From positions 32,240,001-32,304,000 of the forward strand of contig OZ365110.1 of the NCBI GenBank assembly GCA_977030845.1: a DNA stretch of 64,000 bases. Reading direction: 5' to 3'. Source of the stretch: Fimbriosthenelais zetlandica. Taxonomy: Eukaryota. Below the pieces are notes generated by a model, which was given only the letters and a program-made list of their open reading frames with translations, searched no databases and was not told the origin of the DNA. This document shows, one piece after another, positions 1 to 13,457 of this stretch. A program made the translations under genes and the position numbers. Each line of letters begins with the position of its first letter. Positions within the stretch are counted from its first letter, which is position 1.

Positions 1-466
1 GGCTTCCCGGGAGTTACGCTGCAGCGCGGTAGCAGGAAAAGTGGGGCCCGCGGAGAGATTTTGTCACATACCTACTTGAAGGGTAAGAATAGGCCTAAAC
101 ATGGTTGAAATGTCCTCTAATCGAGGCTCGCACGTGATACCCTGAGCTCACCAAGAGCGCCGGGGAGATAGCACTCCGGATAAGGTCTGCGTGTCTCAGT
201 GTAGAGTACACTAGAATTATCCACGGAGACCCTCCGTGTATAGGTACCTAGCTTCAGACCATTGGATGCTTATAATTCCTCTCCTTGTTCACTTAGTTCT
301 TCCCTCAATACCTCCCTCCTTTATTTGCATGCCTATATATAGGATATTAATATTTTGATAATGTTCTTAAAATTTAAATCGTATTTGCACTTTAGGAGTC
401 TAGTACTGAACTGAGAAACACTCAGTGCAAAACATAGCCTGCATGTTATGTTTCAGTGCTACATAC

Positions 467-2013
467 CCCTCTGGGTTTGGTTCATGGGAGGTGCCTTGCC
501 CTTCCTCCCTCTTTTTCTGAATGGCCAGGTTGATGGTATTTTCCATAACAGGATCTTCTCTCCCACGGTTGGCAAGTTTGGCCGAGTGTTCTGTTTGGGA
601 AGGTCTACCGGGTGGTCTTTTATGGAGTACAGTAAGGCTGGAGGTTGGTTCTATAAAGGAAGTATTCAAAATAACGATGTAATAGGCCATTCCGGCCATT
701 TCACCAACCTAATAAGCTATTTAATTATACTCATGAATCATTAATTAATACTCATGAATCATTTGTTATGATCATAAATCTATTACCATTCCGAGTGCTT
801 CTGAGCTCATAGGATAAGTTAGACTATAGTACATGTTTTCAAAACCTCTCTTCATTGTAAAGAACAGAATCTGCTATCTGTGGGAAGCACATGCTAGCTT
901 TTGACCATTTTTGACCGAATCCTTCCATTTGCTTCCAATATCTTCACTTCATATGCTGTCATACATTTCTATCTGCAGCAGTGGAAAGTTATGTCATCCA
1001 CACAGGTAATGAACAGATTTCCTTACCAAACAATTCCACTTTGGTTGTCTGTCCATAGAGTTCCATCACCAGCCAGATATCTTTAATCCTCGGGACTCCG
1101 GTCGTAACGACTTCCTCCTCGAAAGCCTGGCGTTTCCCCTTTAACGTCAACCCACACATGATGTCACCCTCATTAGTGATATAGAAGTACACCTCATTTC
1201 CTTTGCAGACAAGCGTTTCTGGTACTGAGGCCAGCCAGAATCCATCTCTTTCCTGGAGCCCGGGGCATGCACACTGCGGAAGGTGTTCTTGCCTCAGAGT
1301 TCCAGGATGCTCTGTTGTTACACCAAATCTTAGGACGCCTCTCCAGGATGGGTTCGTCTCCTTGATTCGCATATCTATATATCTGAAAATCAAAGGAATC
1401 TATTATTTAATATAAGGTTTTCCGTTTTGGTGTGATATATATAGTGTCTTTGGTTTTGCATATTTGTGTATCATGTCATGTCTTGTTTGTTTAATGGGGT
1501 TTAACGTCACTTTCAACAATTTTTTATCTATCATGTTTTTGGTTGGTGCATATCTATTATCTGTCAATGTCTCCATCATCCACCACTATCTTAAGGGCCA
1601 TGATTGCATTTCACAAACCCATTGTAGGGATATAGGCCTATCTGTAAATGACCTTGTTTTCGAGGAAAGGTTCATTGCATTTACCCATTTACTTAATTAT
1701 AATTAAATGATGTAATGTGAGGCCTCTCCATGTAGGATACTTTTCTAGGGGTCATTTCGGATTGTATATGGACATATGATCCTATAAATTAATGGAATTC
1801 ATTATGCAGGGTCACCCGGCGGAAACGTGCAGCTCACCTGTTACGACTAATGGGCTTACTGGAGAAACAAACAGCCTCTTCAAAACCTCGGAGTCGGGTA
1901 ACAGACCTCCAGTCGCTACTAATTTGTACATTTGGTCCATGTAGTCGATGTAATAACACCGCAGGTGGTTTTTCCTGAAGATGGTCCGTGACACTACTGA
2001 GCGAAGAACCCAT
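467..2013 (-). CDS. Neuralized-like NHR (NEUZ) domain protein, 5' part; 3' exons not resolved
   Basis: Exons 2013-1838, 1382-1027 and 650-467 join through GT-AG introns in consistent phases (2,1). Translation MGSSLSS...LHRLHGPNVQISSDWRSVTRLRGFEEAVCFSSKP...WRGVLRFGVT...LPQCACPGL...GFW...IWLVMELYGQT matches the NHR motif series. The N-terminus is MGxxxS. Confidence 0.85.
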
Positions 2014-4320
2014 AATCTAGAATTGAAATAGGCGGAAGCTCGGTCATCCATGATTTGTGACAATACAATAATTGTTTTTGTTTTTTTTGTTTTTTTTATA
2101 GATATTTTCATCTATTTTGTGTTAAATCCAACTCTAAGCCTCTGTGTACCAGGGTTTTTTCTTATATAAAGTTGTTCTTAAGGGGAGTGGGTGATTTGGA
2201 ATCTGGGCAACCAGAAACCCCCTATGCATGCTTGGCCACAACCCTTGTTCGTTCACCCCATCCTCCCAAAGCATTCGTTAGAAACTGTCTTAGATCTTGC
2301 CCTAGGGAGGATGTGTAGCCTATACGTTCTAGTTCCACGTTCTAATTTCTATGCAAGCAGATCCTAGCAATTTAAAAATAGTATATTATTTAAGCAACTC
2401 AATTTTACTCCCTTCATTGGCACTTGACTACATTGTATATCTGGAATATATTTACCTACCTTCACATATCGTGTGATAAACTCCAAAATATCACACTTCC
2501 CTGAGGTTGATCCACAATATACACAAAACAATATTTAATCCCAGAACTGTCTGCATCTTCTGAATTTATATATATATATTCTTGGGTGGGGGTGGGGAGG
2601 AGTTACTGCGTAAATTCAGAGCAATATCAACTTAAATACCTACAGTCTATTGATCTGGCAGTGACCTCGTTTTCTGTATTTTCCTACTGCATTGATCTCC
2701 AACTGCAATGGGGGACCATCTCTGAATAAATTATGTAACTGTAAGCCATTGAGTTCATAGATTAACTAATGGCATGCAACAGGCCCCTGTTCCAAAAGGA
2801 TCGAGCAAGTCTCAGCTTGGTAAGACTAATCATTGTTTTAATCGCAGATCCAAAGGTATGTCAAATAATATACAAGCGTGTGATACTAAATAGTGTCGAA
2901 AATATAATTTCCAGTGAGTCCCTCGTTTTTCTTCAAGAAATATTTAATAAAACACTTACACATATATGATTTATATACAAATTATCCCAATACATTTTAT
3001 GCATATCGTCAGTATTTTTCATATTCCAATGTCGGAAACTAGAAAATAGTGAAAATACACCATACAAATTGTGGACAATTTTTCCGACCCTCGATCAGTC
3101 CATAATTATGGTTACCTTGTTTAGAATATTTCAAGAAAATCCAAATCAAGACATAAAACAACATTTTCGATGCATTCATTTATTATAAGTATATCTACAA
3201 GTTTTCAACGGAGTGAACATATATAGAAAACCCGCTGGCCAAATTTTCGATTTCCTTTCTGGCGGCATTTTAAGTTATATAATAATATTCAACTTATAGG
3301 CATACTTTAATATTTTGGATTATACAAGTTTCGCAGCTAGAAAGCCATGGCATTATGTTATATGTAAATATACATAGTATTTATATAGCTCCTAACAAAA
3401 TTGCAATACCATATTCAGAGGAGGATAGGGGCTCATTTCATAACACGAATATGCTATAGTAGTACTGGCGTATCTTTCTTATGAAACATAACTCAAGAAA
3501 AATGTGCCAGACACTGGACGCGACATGCATGACTGATATTTATGTTATTGATCAGTTCTGTTGGAGGCCTTCACTGCGATAATTCAGTCGACTGGCCAGA
3601 TATACATTTCGTTCTATGTTACATTGTCAAGTAAGTCCTCATCTATAATATTATGAAATGTGCATGATCAGTTCTAAACTGGGCAAGATCACTCACATGC
3701 TGCATGCATGGACACCCCCGGGTATATATTCCAACAATCGCAAACACTTTAATTCTCTTGGCTGCGCAAAACAAGTATGATTGATATATATCAGTGTAAT
3801 TGTTATTTATCTATAGATAGATCTCTAAATGTTAGAGGGTGGCTAGGGGTGTATAGCCCCCCGGGGTCGCATGATGTGTATTGGTGAGGTAGACAATGGA
3901 AATATCAGCTCTCAGACGGCGGCATTTCTGAAAGTTTACTCAAACGACGGCATGCTGTCCAAGAGTAGGCTGGACGGCGACAGGGTCGTGTGAGGCAAAT
4001 AGCAATACGTAGACTTGTGCTAAAGCTGGTCATACTTTGTATTAATGCTTATTCAGAGCCCTCCGCAGCTTGTCAATGAGGGGCGTGTACATGAGCGCTC
4101 TTTTTATGCCTGTGCCAGAATGTCACACGATAAAAATGTCTCATGTCGCGTGTCGCATGTTTGTGGCAGCTCTGTGTGTCGCGCGTGTCAGAATGTCGCC
4201 CTTTATTTAGGCATAGACATATCTATGATTTAGGGCCGTGTCGCCGTGTCGAATTTTATCGATGGACACCAACAATGTTAGTATTGTTCTGTCCAACTAT
4301 TGATTGAGGAAGCTTTTTTT

Positions 4321-7300
4321 CTAATCTTTGTCATTTTGTTTTGGTTTCTCTGTCTTCCTATTTTGTCTAAGTGAGAGGAAAATTATCAGGGACCTGAAAT
4401 CCATGAAAGGCAGACTTTGTAAGACAATCATCAGCCAGGGTATATTGGCATTCCCTTTGTTTGTTTCGTACAGAACGAACAAAATCAAGCTGGTGAACCC
4501 AGCAAATGATGCCAAAACAGGTCTAATGTAAACGAGAGAAAAACTTCTCTGCTCTTTCTGGCTGAACTTTCTACCGCTACATTTCCGTACCTCGTTTATT
4601 CTATTCCAAATTAAAATTATCAGAACCAAAACAGAGACATGTGTCAACAGCAGACAGTAGACAAATAACATAGGATAAATAAGACCGCTCAAGGAATTAG
4701 TCTGAGCAAGAAAGCAGTTCACTTCGAGATTGTCATTGTTTAGTGAGATAAGGCCAACTAAGACAAAAGATAAAACAAAAGAAAGCAAGGATATGAAAAT
4801 ATACCGAAGAACATGTTTTCTGCTAACAACGGCCACTTCTGTGAGATGGAGGTAAAAATTGACGGTTGAAACAATCTGGAAAATTGAGAGAGAAATTATT
4901 GACGACAGCAAGAGATACCTACTCAGGTGACACAATACGCTATTGGTCCATTTGCTTCCCACTAAATTACTTCCTACGCTATGATGTCCATATACAATAA
5001 TGGAAAGATATCCTGAAAACAACAGATTGCAGAAACTAAAGCAGAAAGTGTCAAAAACTGTAACATCCTGCAGTGATTTCAAACCATTATGGACTGCGTT
5101 ACAAATAAAACACATAAGTGAGAAGTTGACTGAGAGCATGAGAGTGAGGCAGACAACGATACCAATGTAACTGATAGTGTCTGGGAGGATACTACAAACA
5201 ATCTGAAAATCTTCCTTTTTTTCAGAATTACAAAATTGAAATGGACGTTGTACATAACAGCACCATTTAGATTCTGAAAAGTGAATGTTGGCGAGATTAT
5301 TGTGTTGAGAAAACGTAGATGTATCAAGGTATTGAATGGGATTCTTACGTAAATCCAAATATTTCAGATTGGTAGCGCCTTCAAGCATAAAATGATCGAC
5401 TGAAATTAATTGGTTTGAACTTAGGTTGAGTGATTCCAAGCCAGTCATGTGAGAAAATGCTTGTTTCGAAATGTAGTGCAGGGATAGATTGGACAAATCC
5501 AACCAATTCATATACGGAATGTGGACGAAACTTAAAAACCCCAGTTCCTTGAGTGGATTGCCCCTCAAATCAAGCTGTTTTAAAGCTGTCAGATTAACAA
5601 ATGTCTGTGAAGGAACAGAATGGATAGAGTTGTATGCCAAGGTGAGTTGAGTCAAGGACCTGATGTTAACAAAGATTGGATATAAGATTTGTATATGATT
5701 ATGTGATAAATCCAGAATTAGTAGTTGATAATATGGCCCTAAATCAACACATTCAAGGCACAGTTGATTATATGAGAAAATGAGGACCTTTGCACGTTCA
5801 ATTTTCGGAGGGATCTGTGTAAAGCTCATATTGGAACAGGAGACCGCATCACCGAGACAGGAACAGTTGTGGGGACAATCAAAGTAAGGACAGAGGGCCT
5901 CATCGTCACCAGAGACAGGACAGTCGATGACACCATCACAAACATGACTGTCATCAACATAAACATTCTCCTCACTACATTTTAACAGGCCCTGGCATCT
6001 CAACTCTTCACATCCCATTTCATCATCACCAAAATAACAATCCATAACACCATCGCACACTAAATGATAAGGTATACAATCCCCCCATTTACATTCAAAC
6101 TCCTTGTTGCAAATCATCCTTCCACATATTGGACTTTCAAAAAGACATTTCCAACCATAGTAGACATGTGCTTGGTTGTCACCAAATGTGGTATTAGGAC
6201 TAATGAGGAGTTCATCAGTACATTTTAGACAGTCACAGTGACCGTCCTCTAGTTTAGACGCTGGTATACAGCCACCTTTTTCACATTGATGGTATAGATC
6301 TCCACATGTACAGCTGGTCTTGATGCATTGTGACCAGCAGTCAGAACTACTACAAACATGTTGACAGTTCATTTCATCGCTTCCATCGGGACAGTCCCTA
6401 ATCCCGTCACACACCCGATGATTTAAAATACATGTGTCGTCCTCGCATCTCCAGTGTTGCATAAAACACTTATTATTTTTCTCCAGTTTCAAACTGCACA
6501 TGTATGATGTGTTCTGGTCAAATATGTCTCCCTCGAGCCGGATGGTTTCATATGCTGACCAAAGGGAAACACCTTGATTTTCATGTAATCTTATATAACG
6601 ATACATATAAAGGTATGATGGTTTGAAGTGTGAAGTCGCATTCATCATTATGCACTTGTCTATGGTGTCCAACCTATAGAAAATTGTTCTAGGGATTGCC
6701 TCAAGGGTCAGGTTTTTCTTTGGGAAACCTTTATGCTTCAGGATCTTAGCTGGCAAATCCATCATTCCCACTTTAGGCTGATCGGTGCACCAAAGATGAA
6801 CTTTCGAAATGTTTTGGTTGCAAGGTATTGTGTGCCATGTGAAATTAAAGTCATCCACCGGGACCATAACCACGCAGTCAAACCCTGAGTCAAGAACTGG
6901 TTGCTGGGTCATCATCGAAATCCTAATAACATCGTCCAAGATTTCCTCCAATTCATTTCCAATCCTCTGTGAGGAAGAATCGCTTTTAACAACTGACTTG
7001 GATATGTTCATTTTAATTGCTTGCCAGTTTGTATAGGTCAGTTTGACGTCATTCATCCATTTGAATGTATTTTCCTGTTTAAAAGTAAAGGTTATTTCAT
7101 TAAGGTGACATAAAGCACAAAGAGGTACTGATTCATTTCTAGGTTTCAGAACTCTAACCTTTTAAATGACGCTGTGCATATTATGGAATATCTAAAAATA
7201 TGATAGCAAATCTATGTGTGACTCTAGCAGCGTTAAGCCTGCGTGGAACACACTAATCCTATGATTCTAATCTCCAATCCGTCGCCATCCGAACCCCCGT

Positions 7301-10300
7301 TTCTGATTGGATCCAATGGTTGAAATTGTGTCAGTGGTTAGCCTTGCCTAGGTGTAAACGTCTGTACAAATTACAAGCATTTGGGTGTGAATAGAAATAA
7401 TATTATAGTTTTGGACAGCTGTCGTATGGATCTGGATAGAGAATCGGCTTTAGTCCCAGAGTCACAAGGAAAAAAGTTCCAAAAGAGTCGCAAGAGTCAC
7501 AAATCACTTTGGCATAGCATGAGGGAGGATATGGCCTTGCCTTATACTTTAACGGTATAGTGGAGATTAATATTATTTACAACAAATGCGAGCTTCAACC
7601 AGTACGTTAGAAACTCATGTCGTGCTGGCATATGAGCTATAGACGAAGACATTCAACATACACTTGTTGCCAAATTGTATGGGGAAGCATACTTACATGT
7701 ATATAATACACTGCATCCCCCAAAATCGCCCGGGCATGGTGCCACCCATTCCCTATACCATTAGTTGCTCTAGGACCGAGCACTTTGGAATTTTCTGAAT
7801 ACGATTTCTTTTATATATCGGGATATCGGAGTGGGACTAGCACCAAAGGTTTGGATATTAATAATCCTTCCATTGAGCCTCGTGTTAATTTTGGCTAAAG
7901 TGGAACTATTAGCAACAATATTATTGATGACAGACTGACGGATAGTTGGCAATTGGGGGAAGATTGGCAACTGTAGGGCTCTTTGTAACATGTCAATTAC
8001 AGAGAAATATTTCACAATTCATTGATTTATATAACAGATTATACCTACCTCATCCTTGATAAGACCAATAAATACTGGGTAGTCTGGATCAGGTACCTTG
8101 GTTAGTAAGTTATTTACCAAGTCTCTCATGTCAGTATGACTTGGAATGAACAATGTCTGATTAGAATCACCACAGATTTTCTCAGCCTCGGACCAGCACA
8201 GATTCTCATGATGCCCATAGAACCTGTGTCGAGTTGAAGAGACCCAGCGAGTGGCAAATGGATCTCGGGATTGTAGATGAATATGAAGTTCATCGGAACA
8301 ATTTGAAATCAACGAATCATGATTACCTCGGATGATCAGAGAGATATTGTGTCCTCTTCTATTCACCCAGGTATAACTAGACGTTTCCATGTGATTGAAA
8401 GAATAGAGAATGTTTCTCTGGGGGCCTACTCTGGCTATAGCCATGTCATATGCATTAAGACACCCAATACTTTCTGTGGAAATATGAAGGTAAGCTCTAT
8501 TATTTGAATATCGGGGATGCCATGCATAGTTAGAAATGGCAGGTGTAAGGTTGAATATATTTTCCTTGAGAAGAGTTGGGTTAGGGATTTTAATTATCAC
8601 ATCCGAGAACATACCAATCCTGTGAAAATATGGTGAGGTTACCAAAGTTGGTGCCTGGTTTCTATACCTTTCAATATGTTTATAGATTACTAAGAAAAAG
8701 CTATGGTGATATTTATGGCAATCACTTAAATGATACTGAATAGTTGTGTCAATGGAATCAAATGGAATTGTTTCTTCCACTCTACCAGGTCCAGAATAGT
8801 CAAAGATCTGTTTTTGATGCGTTTTTAATTTTAAATGTGACTTACAAGAAATACTTGAAGCATAGTGGTCTGAAGCTGGAATGAAAATTTTCAGTCGGAA
8901 TGTCCTAGAACCTGCCACTGAAAGCGAACGTAATACTGCATAGCAGGAACGAAAGCTATGTATGATATAGTCAGATCTGGAGTTTAAATGAAATGTCCTG
9001 CGAACATCAAACTGCTTTGAACAATCCTCAATTACTGTAGATTCTAAATTTGGATTGAATGTCCACTCAACTGCCATCTTCCCCATTCTGCTAGGCATGT
9101 ACACTATAACAGTAGTTTCTATGACATTAATTGGGAAATCAATCTCCATGCCGTCCAAATTAGTACACATGGGATGAAGTGGATTGCCATAGAAATCAAA
9201 GAAAATACCTCCATGCGAGCAAAATCTGTTTGAATACCCATCATATTGTTTAATCTTCAAAGTAAGAATACCAGACATATCCCACTTTTTTCTATACGTT
9301 TCTGTTCTGTTCGTGTTTCCTAGGTTCACATACTGATAAAAGAATGATCTTGGCCAAAAAGTGTAGAATGAAATTTTCACCAATGTTTTCTCCTGATCGA
9401 CTATAAATCCACCGACGATTATGAACCTCAGATTGAGTGACCGAATGCGAGGGAGAACGTTCTTTTTATTAATCACTTCTCCATCATACTTGCAGTGGTA
9501 TTTAAAAAGTAAACCGGAAAGTTCACTCAAACTGCTGTAGATATAAATGTCCAGGTTCTTATATGAACAGAGTAACTCTTGCATGTCATAGCCTGCAGTA
9601 TCCCCCAACAAGTCCAAGGCATAGATAGGCTTCTTTTTGTAAAAACAGACAAGGTTGGAATGTCTTATATATGAAAACGTTGATAAAGGTTTTCGTGGGT
9701 CGGGGACATCAGAAGTACAGTTTACATGTCCTTTATTGTGGACTTGGTATATCAGCCTTACCAAAGACCACTCTGTTGAGTACCGCACATCGAAGATTAG
9801 TTTCATACTGTTCCGCGCGGAGTATTCTGACCAGGGCGGTTTCCTGCCACAGTGAACCAAAGATGTATTAGTCACGTAAGTATTGATCACTTCCAGCCTG
9901 TTATACATGCAGTCTTTGGAAAGTGGAAAGACAAACTCCAGAATACTGACATTGATCATGATGCCCTCTGGTTGAACTATAATCAGGGTCTTACTAAAGA
10001 AAGTGTCGTCATTTTTGATGGCAACAGCCCCGCATATGGAACTCAGGACCTGAACATGATGCGAGCTTGAAAAGTGAGGTTCTCTGCCACCACAGAAGTC
10101 TTTCTCTTTCTGAATCTCAGATCTTAGTTTTGAAAGGCAAGGCTGAGTTTGCTGCACACATGGTGTGATAGATTTCCTTAATGTTATCATAATGAATTCT
10201 GTGAACATATCCTTCCATCCTCCTCTGTCATCGGGGGAATTGGATTCTGAACCCTTGGTTATTTCAGAAAGTGTCCCTGGTAAGAAGGACAAAGAAATGG

Positions 10301-10352
10301 CTGGTGTAATTCCAGCAAATAATACAATGGCGACGATAGAAGAGACTCCCAT
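4321..10352 (-). CDS. GRL101-like LDLa/LRR GPCR with N-terminal CUB and C-type lectin domains (~1685 aa, 2 coding exons)
   Basis: Exon 10352-8049 encodes a signal peptide (MGVSSIVAIVLFAG), a CUB-like segment (DCMYNRLEV...HCGRKPPW) and the first half of a CTLD (WSEAEKIC...VFIGLIKDE). A phase-0 intron (8048-7075) joins it to exon 7074-4321 (ENTFKWMNDVKLTYTNW, LDLa repeats such as CDGIRDCPDGSDE, LRRs, 7 hydrophobic segments). Confidence 0.9.
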
Positions 10353-11557
10353 CTTGGTGAAAAGCCTGATTTTTGAAATAAAGAGGAAATTCCCCAATCC
10401 TCATGGCAGCCACTGTGGAAAAGATGGACGAGGGACTTCCCTACTTATACCAGAAGCGAGACACGATGAAGATATCTTTTTCATCCACCTTATATTGTGG
10501 GGCCAAAAAGTCATTGGAATTGATCATAATTTCTTGGACCCACCCTGACATGTTATACACTACTTTAATGAGAATCCTGACTTTTCTTATGATTTAATCT
10601 CGTGGCAACGCCCAAATACTGGATTTCATTTCTGATTGCTTCGGCTGGGCTAAATCCACTAGTGAGTTTTGCTTTAGAATTCATGTAACTTTTGGTCGCA
10701 CTTCTTGCAATTGCACTAAATGTTAATAGGGCATAATCATGTCATCTCCACTTCGATTTTCACTGTTTCTGATTCTTGTATCACAAATCACAAATGTATA
10801 GGATTATTATTGTAAGGGACCTTCTATCACATCCAACAAGGAAATTGCAACGGAAAAATTGCAACTAATGCTCTGTGATTGGTGTAGAAAAGTTATATAG
10901 GCCTATAGCACGCATGAATGCATGTAAACTATAGTTTTATTATGGCTTAAAATTATTAGCCTGATCATGTTTGTAGGCCCTAATAATAAGAGGCCAACGT
11001 TTATGAAGGGGTTAACTAGTAGGCCTATATGGTATTTCACACTACACCATAATATAGATGACGTGTTTTCACTTAATGAGTCTAAAGTCGCAAAAATGAA
11101 TTTTGCCTTGTCCTCTGGGACAACCCCACTGGTAACATTCACGAGGGCCTCATAGCCCCTACTAGTTTGCCTTGATGAGATCGGATCCCAGTTTTCTATA
11201 GTTCACCTTTCCTCCGCTCTTTTATTTTGGCGCTGTTTATACCCCGATGTCATCTGCATTCGAACCTTGCGGGCACCAGTCGTGCACGCTACCCACAGTG
11301 CCACTGAGTTCACCCACCTCCGTCCTTTCACCTATTGGCTTTATATAGGCCTAATAGTTACGCAACCTCGGCTAATTACAGCGCTGGATGCCAATCAAGG
11401 GTTGATGGTGTCGCTATGACTCAGTGGCGCTACCACACGACAAACAGCCTCATCATTGCAAAACATTAGACTCCCCTCGGGAGAAATTCTGATCCCAAGG
11501 CTATATGTCTCTTTGGCATCCCACCTGGCTGAAATGGAAAAAAGCAAAGCCATATGT

Positions 11558-11630
11558 AGGCACAACAGAGATTCGAACTAGGAATCTTTGTATTTCTAAA
11601 CCAGCGCTCAACCCACAGAGCTACCCAGGC
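11558..11630 (-). mobile_element. tRNA-derived SINE head or tRNA pseudogene
   Basis: TAGCTCTGTGG A-box and GTTCGAATC B-box, with poor stems. Confidence 0.5.
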
Positions 11631-13291
11631 TCGCCACAAAAAATACAGCTACGCAGGGGTTTCGAACCCGGAAACGTTCGCTCTAGACACTGAGCTGTCA
11701 AGGCTTTCCCCGTAGGCCTACCTCCGATAAGCTAGTTATAGGCCTATAGGCACACCTGGAGATTCCAAGAACGAGGGGGACCTAGGCCTACTCTGGCCAA
11801 GGTGACAGAGTAGGCCTAGGCCTATCTAGGCTACGACTTGCCACAATGGGGATTGACACCCAGTTAGAGAGGTACAGTTCTATGCCTACAACAGGGGAAA
11901 ATCCAGTTCATTTCAAAGGGAGGGGCACAACTAGGGGTGCAATAAATTATTAATGTTTTTGCATATATAGGCCTACGGTTATGAAAAATGTATTGATGTG
12001 AAATTCAAAATCGCCAATTCTTTGTTCATTAGGCTACAACCTTTAGAAAATGAGCACTGCACGTCTCAGGAAATTCTAGGCCTACACTAGGCCTAAAAAA
12101 TCTAGGCAAGGGCCCCCCCCCCCCCCCTTAATCCGCGCGTAGTATTATAGGCTAGACTATAATATATGCCAGATGATGCGCGGGAAACTATTAAAGCTTC
12201 CGGTAGACCAGTGGCGCCCTCCAGTAGGCCTAGTGGATACCGGAATTTGTAGGACACAGCAGCCAAAGGAGCGAAGTTCACAGAGTTTAAATACTTACTA
12301 TTGCAAGGTAAGTTCGTCTTTTTAGAAGTTGACATTCTATCTAGTGTTACAGTTTATCCCTATCTTTCGAGGGGTTCCTTGCAAGATCCCGCTGACTTTC
12401 CTAAAGGCTGCATTTAGTGAGTTTGTTGGCGAGCCTGTGAAGTTCCTGGAACTACGACACGAGATCTATCTTTGTAGGAGCGTGTTTGTTGTCAATATTT
12501 GTCTTATCACCTACCGAGACTGGGTTGTGTGTTATTGTGTAAATGGTTGGTTGGTTAGACTTGACTTCTTTTTTGTTATCCTGCTGTATGATTGAATGTA
12601 TTATAAAGTCAAAGCTAGTCCGAACTTGGTCCGGAAGAGCCGCAGGCATTGTGCTATCTGGCTATGTCACATGTGGGATGGAAACCGAAAGTAACTGGTA
12701 CCATCCGTATAGCTACCTGGATTTCAATTAGGCCTATTGTTCAGTTTCAGACCGTGCGAAATAGTGGTGGCACATGAAAGTTATGGAATAGGGGCTTATA
12801 TATCTGGGGTGGGTGGGGGGGGGGGGGGGGGGGGGGGACCCTCGGGCATTACCCATTATACACTGGCATCGACTTTGGAGCCAAAAATAGATAGAACTGA
12901 CCGAGGGCAGGCCTGGGTAGGTGGTATGTCCCTGGCTTCCGGTAGAGGGATGTCCCTCCAAACCTATGCCCGAGGTTGGTTCTATATTTATTCCAATCCG
13001 ACCAACAAAAAATACCCCCAAAGTCATTCATTGTATTCCCATTGCAAATTTATGTTACGGTACCATACAGGAAACTAGGTCAACCAGTATTTCCCTAGGG
13101 AAAATACTGGACATAATATGTCCCACCAGACTGCATATTTCCTCCTACTATTAATCCTATGGATGGACACTACGGGATTCCCTCGTGTATCCATCCCCAT
13201 TCACCCTAAGGTAAATACGAGAAGAAAGATTCTTACTTGGGAAGTCCTATATATTTCTGCCATCTCTTATTTCAATTTATTTATTTCATTC

Positions 13292-13405
13292 ACATTCCTC
13301 ACAAAATCATTTATTTCATCCATATTACACACAAAATCTTTTATTTCATCTGTATTACTCACAACATCATTTACTTCATCCATGTTACCCACAAAATCAT
13401 TTATT
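13292..13405. repeat. 30-bp tandem repeat, ~4 copies
   Basis: Units resemble ATTACTCACAAAATCATTTATTTCATCCAT. Confidence 0.75.
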
Positions 13406-13457
13406 TAAATAATGATTTATTTAATAATGTCTTTTAATAAGTCTTTTGTAGTTGACC

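Noticed and set aside
1812-2111. 99-aa ORF-track call
   Set aside because: Wrong frame; another frame encodes the NHR N-terminus and matches the splice phase.
7770-8015. 81-aa ORF between the two large receptor ORFs
   Set aside because: It lies inside the phase-0 intron whose removal restores the lectin domain.
10165-10548. 127-aa plus-strand ORF
   Set aside because: Antisense to the receptor's signal-peptide exon, with a non-ATG start and no recognisable motif.
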